DNA of 54,751 nucleotides from a virus: IMG/VR virus record IMGVR_UViG_3300045988_180405; one strand, 5' to 3'. Shown piece by piece: positions 53,804 to 54,751 of this stretch (position 1 is its first letter; each line of letters starts with the position of its first letter). The notes under the pieces were generated by a model. It saw only the letters and a program-made list of their open reading frames with translations, ran no database searches and was not told where the DNA came from. The position numbers and the translations under genes were made by a program.

Positions 53804-54038
53804 TTATTGCCTCCTGTTCCGGTATGTAATATCTTGTGTAGTAAACCTGCTTTCCGTATCTGTTCTGCGCACATTCGCGAGACCGTTCTACCGTGTAGCC
53901 CATAAGCTCTATTTCGCGTATTCTCGCCGAAAGTCGGAAGCATCCGTATCTGTCGTAGGCTTCTGCCTGCGTGAGCGTTTTCCCTTGGAGAAAATGCTCG
54001 AGTATCATTGCTTTCTGCGCGTGTGTATGTTCGCTCAT
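53790..54038 (-). CDS. Winged-helix DNA-binding protein (HTH_39-like)
   Basis: ILEHFLQGKTLTQAEAYDRYGCFRLSARIREIELMGYTV. Confidence 0.6.
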   Translation of the reverse strand: MSEHTHAQKAMILEHFLQGKTLTQAEAYDRYGCFRLSARIREIELMGYTVERSRECAQNRYGKQVYYTRYYIPEQEAINAVT

Positions 54039-54041
54039 GTT

Positions 54042-54751
54042 TTATTCCTCCTTGAAGAAATTCTCGAATACCGCAGCGCCGTATTGCCCTTTTGTAATCT
54101 CGATTATCTCGGCAATGGTATATCTGTCTTTCGTTTTGCCGAGGCTGTCGACAAAGCCGTCCGTGCCCGCGCGGCAAGCTCCGGTTATAATGCGATACAT
54201 CGTTATAGCGTCATCTTTTGTCACCGTGTCTGACAGCTTGAGCTGTCTGTATTGCTTTGCGCCTCGCTCTTTGGCATTCTTAAATTCAATGTCCTTTACG
54301 CCGTCGGAAAATGACTTGCAGTGTGCATAATGCTTGCCGTCAAAGATAACGTTTTTACCTCTTATTTTGCCGATATAGTAATAGTATTTGCCCATTTTCT
54401 TTACGCGCTTGATGTGCGTGAGTATATTGTCTGCATAAAGATACCGTCCCGCCTTATAGTCACCGTTTTTGAGCTTTCGCGGCTTATATTTATCGGGTAG
54501 TGCGGTCAGCCCCGTGCATCCGTTGAGGTAAAGCGAGCCGCCGACCGTCAGATTATCGGGTAACTTTGCCAATTTTGTACATCCGTTGAGGTAAAGCCAG
54601 CCGCCGACCGTCAGATTATCGGGTAGTGCGGTCAGCCCCGTGCATCCCGTAAGGTCAAGCGAGCAGCCGACCGTCAGATTATCGGGTAGTGCGGTCAGCC
54701 CCGTGCATCCGTTGAGGTAAAGCCAGCCGCCGACCGTCAGATTATCGGGTA
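54042..54751 (-). CDS. Leucine-rich-repeat protein, C-terminal part (5-prime end outside the window edge / joins 1-493)
   Basis: The ORF is open to the window end. It has four more LPDNLTVGG.L.L.GC... units and then a ~150-aa non-repeat domain (KNGDYKAGRYLYADNILTHI...ITGACRAGTDGFV...). Confidence 0.85.
   Translation of the reverse strand, partial: PDNLTVGGWLYLNGCTGLTALPDNLTVGCSLDLTGCTGLTALPDNLTVGGWLYLNGCTKLAKLPDNLTVGGSLYLNGCTGLTALPDKYKPRKLKNGDYKAGRYLYADNILTHIKRVKKMGKYYYYIGKIRGKNVIFDGKHYAHCKSFSDGVKDIEFKNAKERGAKQYRQLKLSDTVTKDDAITMYRIITGACRAGTDGFVDSLGKTKDRYTIAEIIEITKGQYGAAVFENFFKEE
54490..54751. repeat. Same 63-bp tandem repeat (4 copies; motif at 54540, 54603, 54666, 54729)
   Basis: Exact 63-nt spacing. 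54536-54710 are identical to 1-175. Confidence 0.95.

Larger units (their letters stand above)
1..54751. mobile_element. Complete temperate siphovirus-like phage genome; contig closes on itself
   Basis: Every phage module is present once: Cro/CI switch, integrase plus attP, RecT/YqaJ/SSB/replication organizer, and TerL-portal-capsid-tail-TMP-fibre-holin. nt 1-175 are identical to 54536-54710. Strong GGAGG SDs and sigmaA-like promoters. Confidence 0.85.

Overview
The window appears to be an entire temperate siphovirus-like phage genome of about 54.5 kb. The host is probably Gram-positive and Clostridia-like, judging by GGAGG-type Shine-Dalgarno (SD) sites, sigmaA-type promoters, an LL-H-type holin with XhlA, and RecT/YqaJ. 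The contig closes on itself: nt 1-175 are identical to 54536-54710, and the junction falls inside a tandem-repeat (LRR) gene.

Layout:
(i) A divergent Cro/CI-type switch at 0.9-1.4 kb.
(ii) A rightward lysogeny/moron island at 1.4-7.8 kb. It holds an unusual stack of XRE-HTH regulator paralogues interleaved with membrane proteins, then a tyrosine integrase and a probable attP. The attP has a tRNA-3-prime-end-like core flanked by four TTTGTTAC repeats.
(iii) About 0.9 kb of unexplained non-coding DNA at 8.06-8.99 kb, with a 200-bp AT island of degenerate ATATAAT repeats.
(iv) A rightward accessory operon at 9.4-14.3 kb, driven by consensus sigmaA promoters. It has a divergent RHH gene, a 577-aa polyvalent-protein-like ORF and a second Xer-like tyrosine recombinase.
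(v) A leftward late operon from 42.5 down to 14.5 kb: TerL, portal, protease/scaffold, capsid, Ig-domain tail proteins, a 1340-aa tape measure, baseplate proteins, a mosaic tail fibre, holin and XhlA.
(vi) A leftward early operon running from the switch across the contig junction down to 42.7 kb: the LRR protein, SSB, a replication organizer with embedded iterons, YqaJ exonuclease, a RuvC-like resolvase, two DNA methyltransferases, RecT and a cluster of Cys-rich small proteins.

No tRNA, rRNA, CRISPR array, cas gene or reverse transcriptase was seen.

The items most worth a second look are:
- the near-perfect 63-bp-repeat LRR gene in the early operon;
- the stacked XRE/membrane-protein cassettes;
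- the tail fibre whose low-GC C-terminal two-thirds carries a complete metallophosphoesterase motif set;
- the GTGTCTCAC iteron array inside the replication gene;
- the AT island and non-coding region beside a second recombinase module;
- a C5-methyltransferase interrupted just after a G9 homopolymer.

All functional calls rest on reading motifs in the supplied translations. No database search was run.
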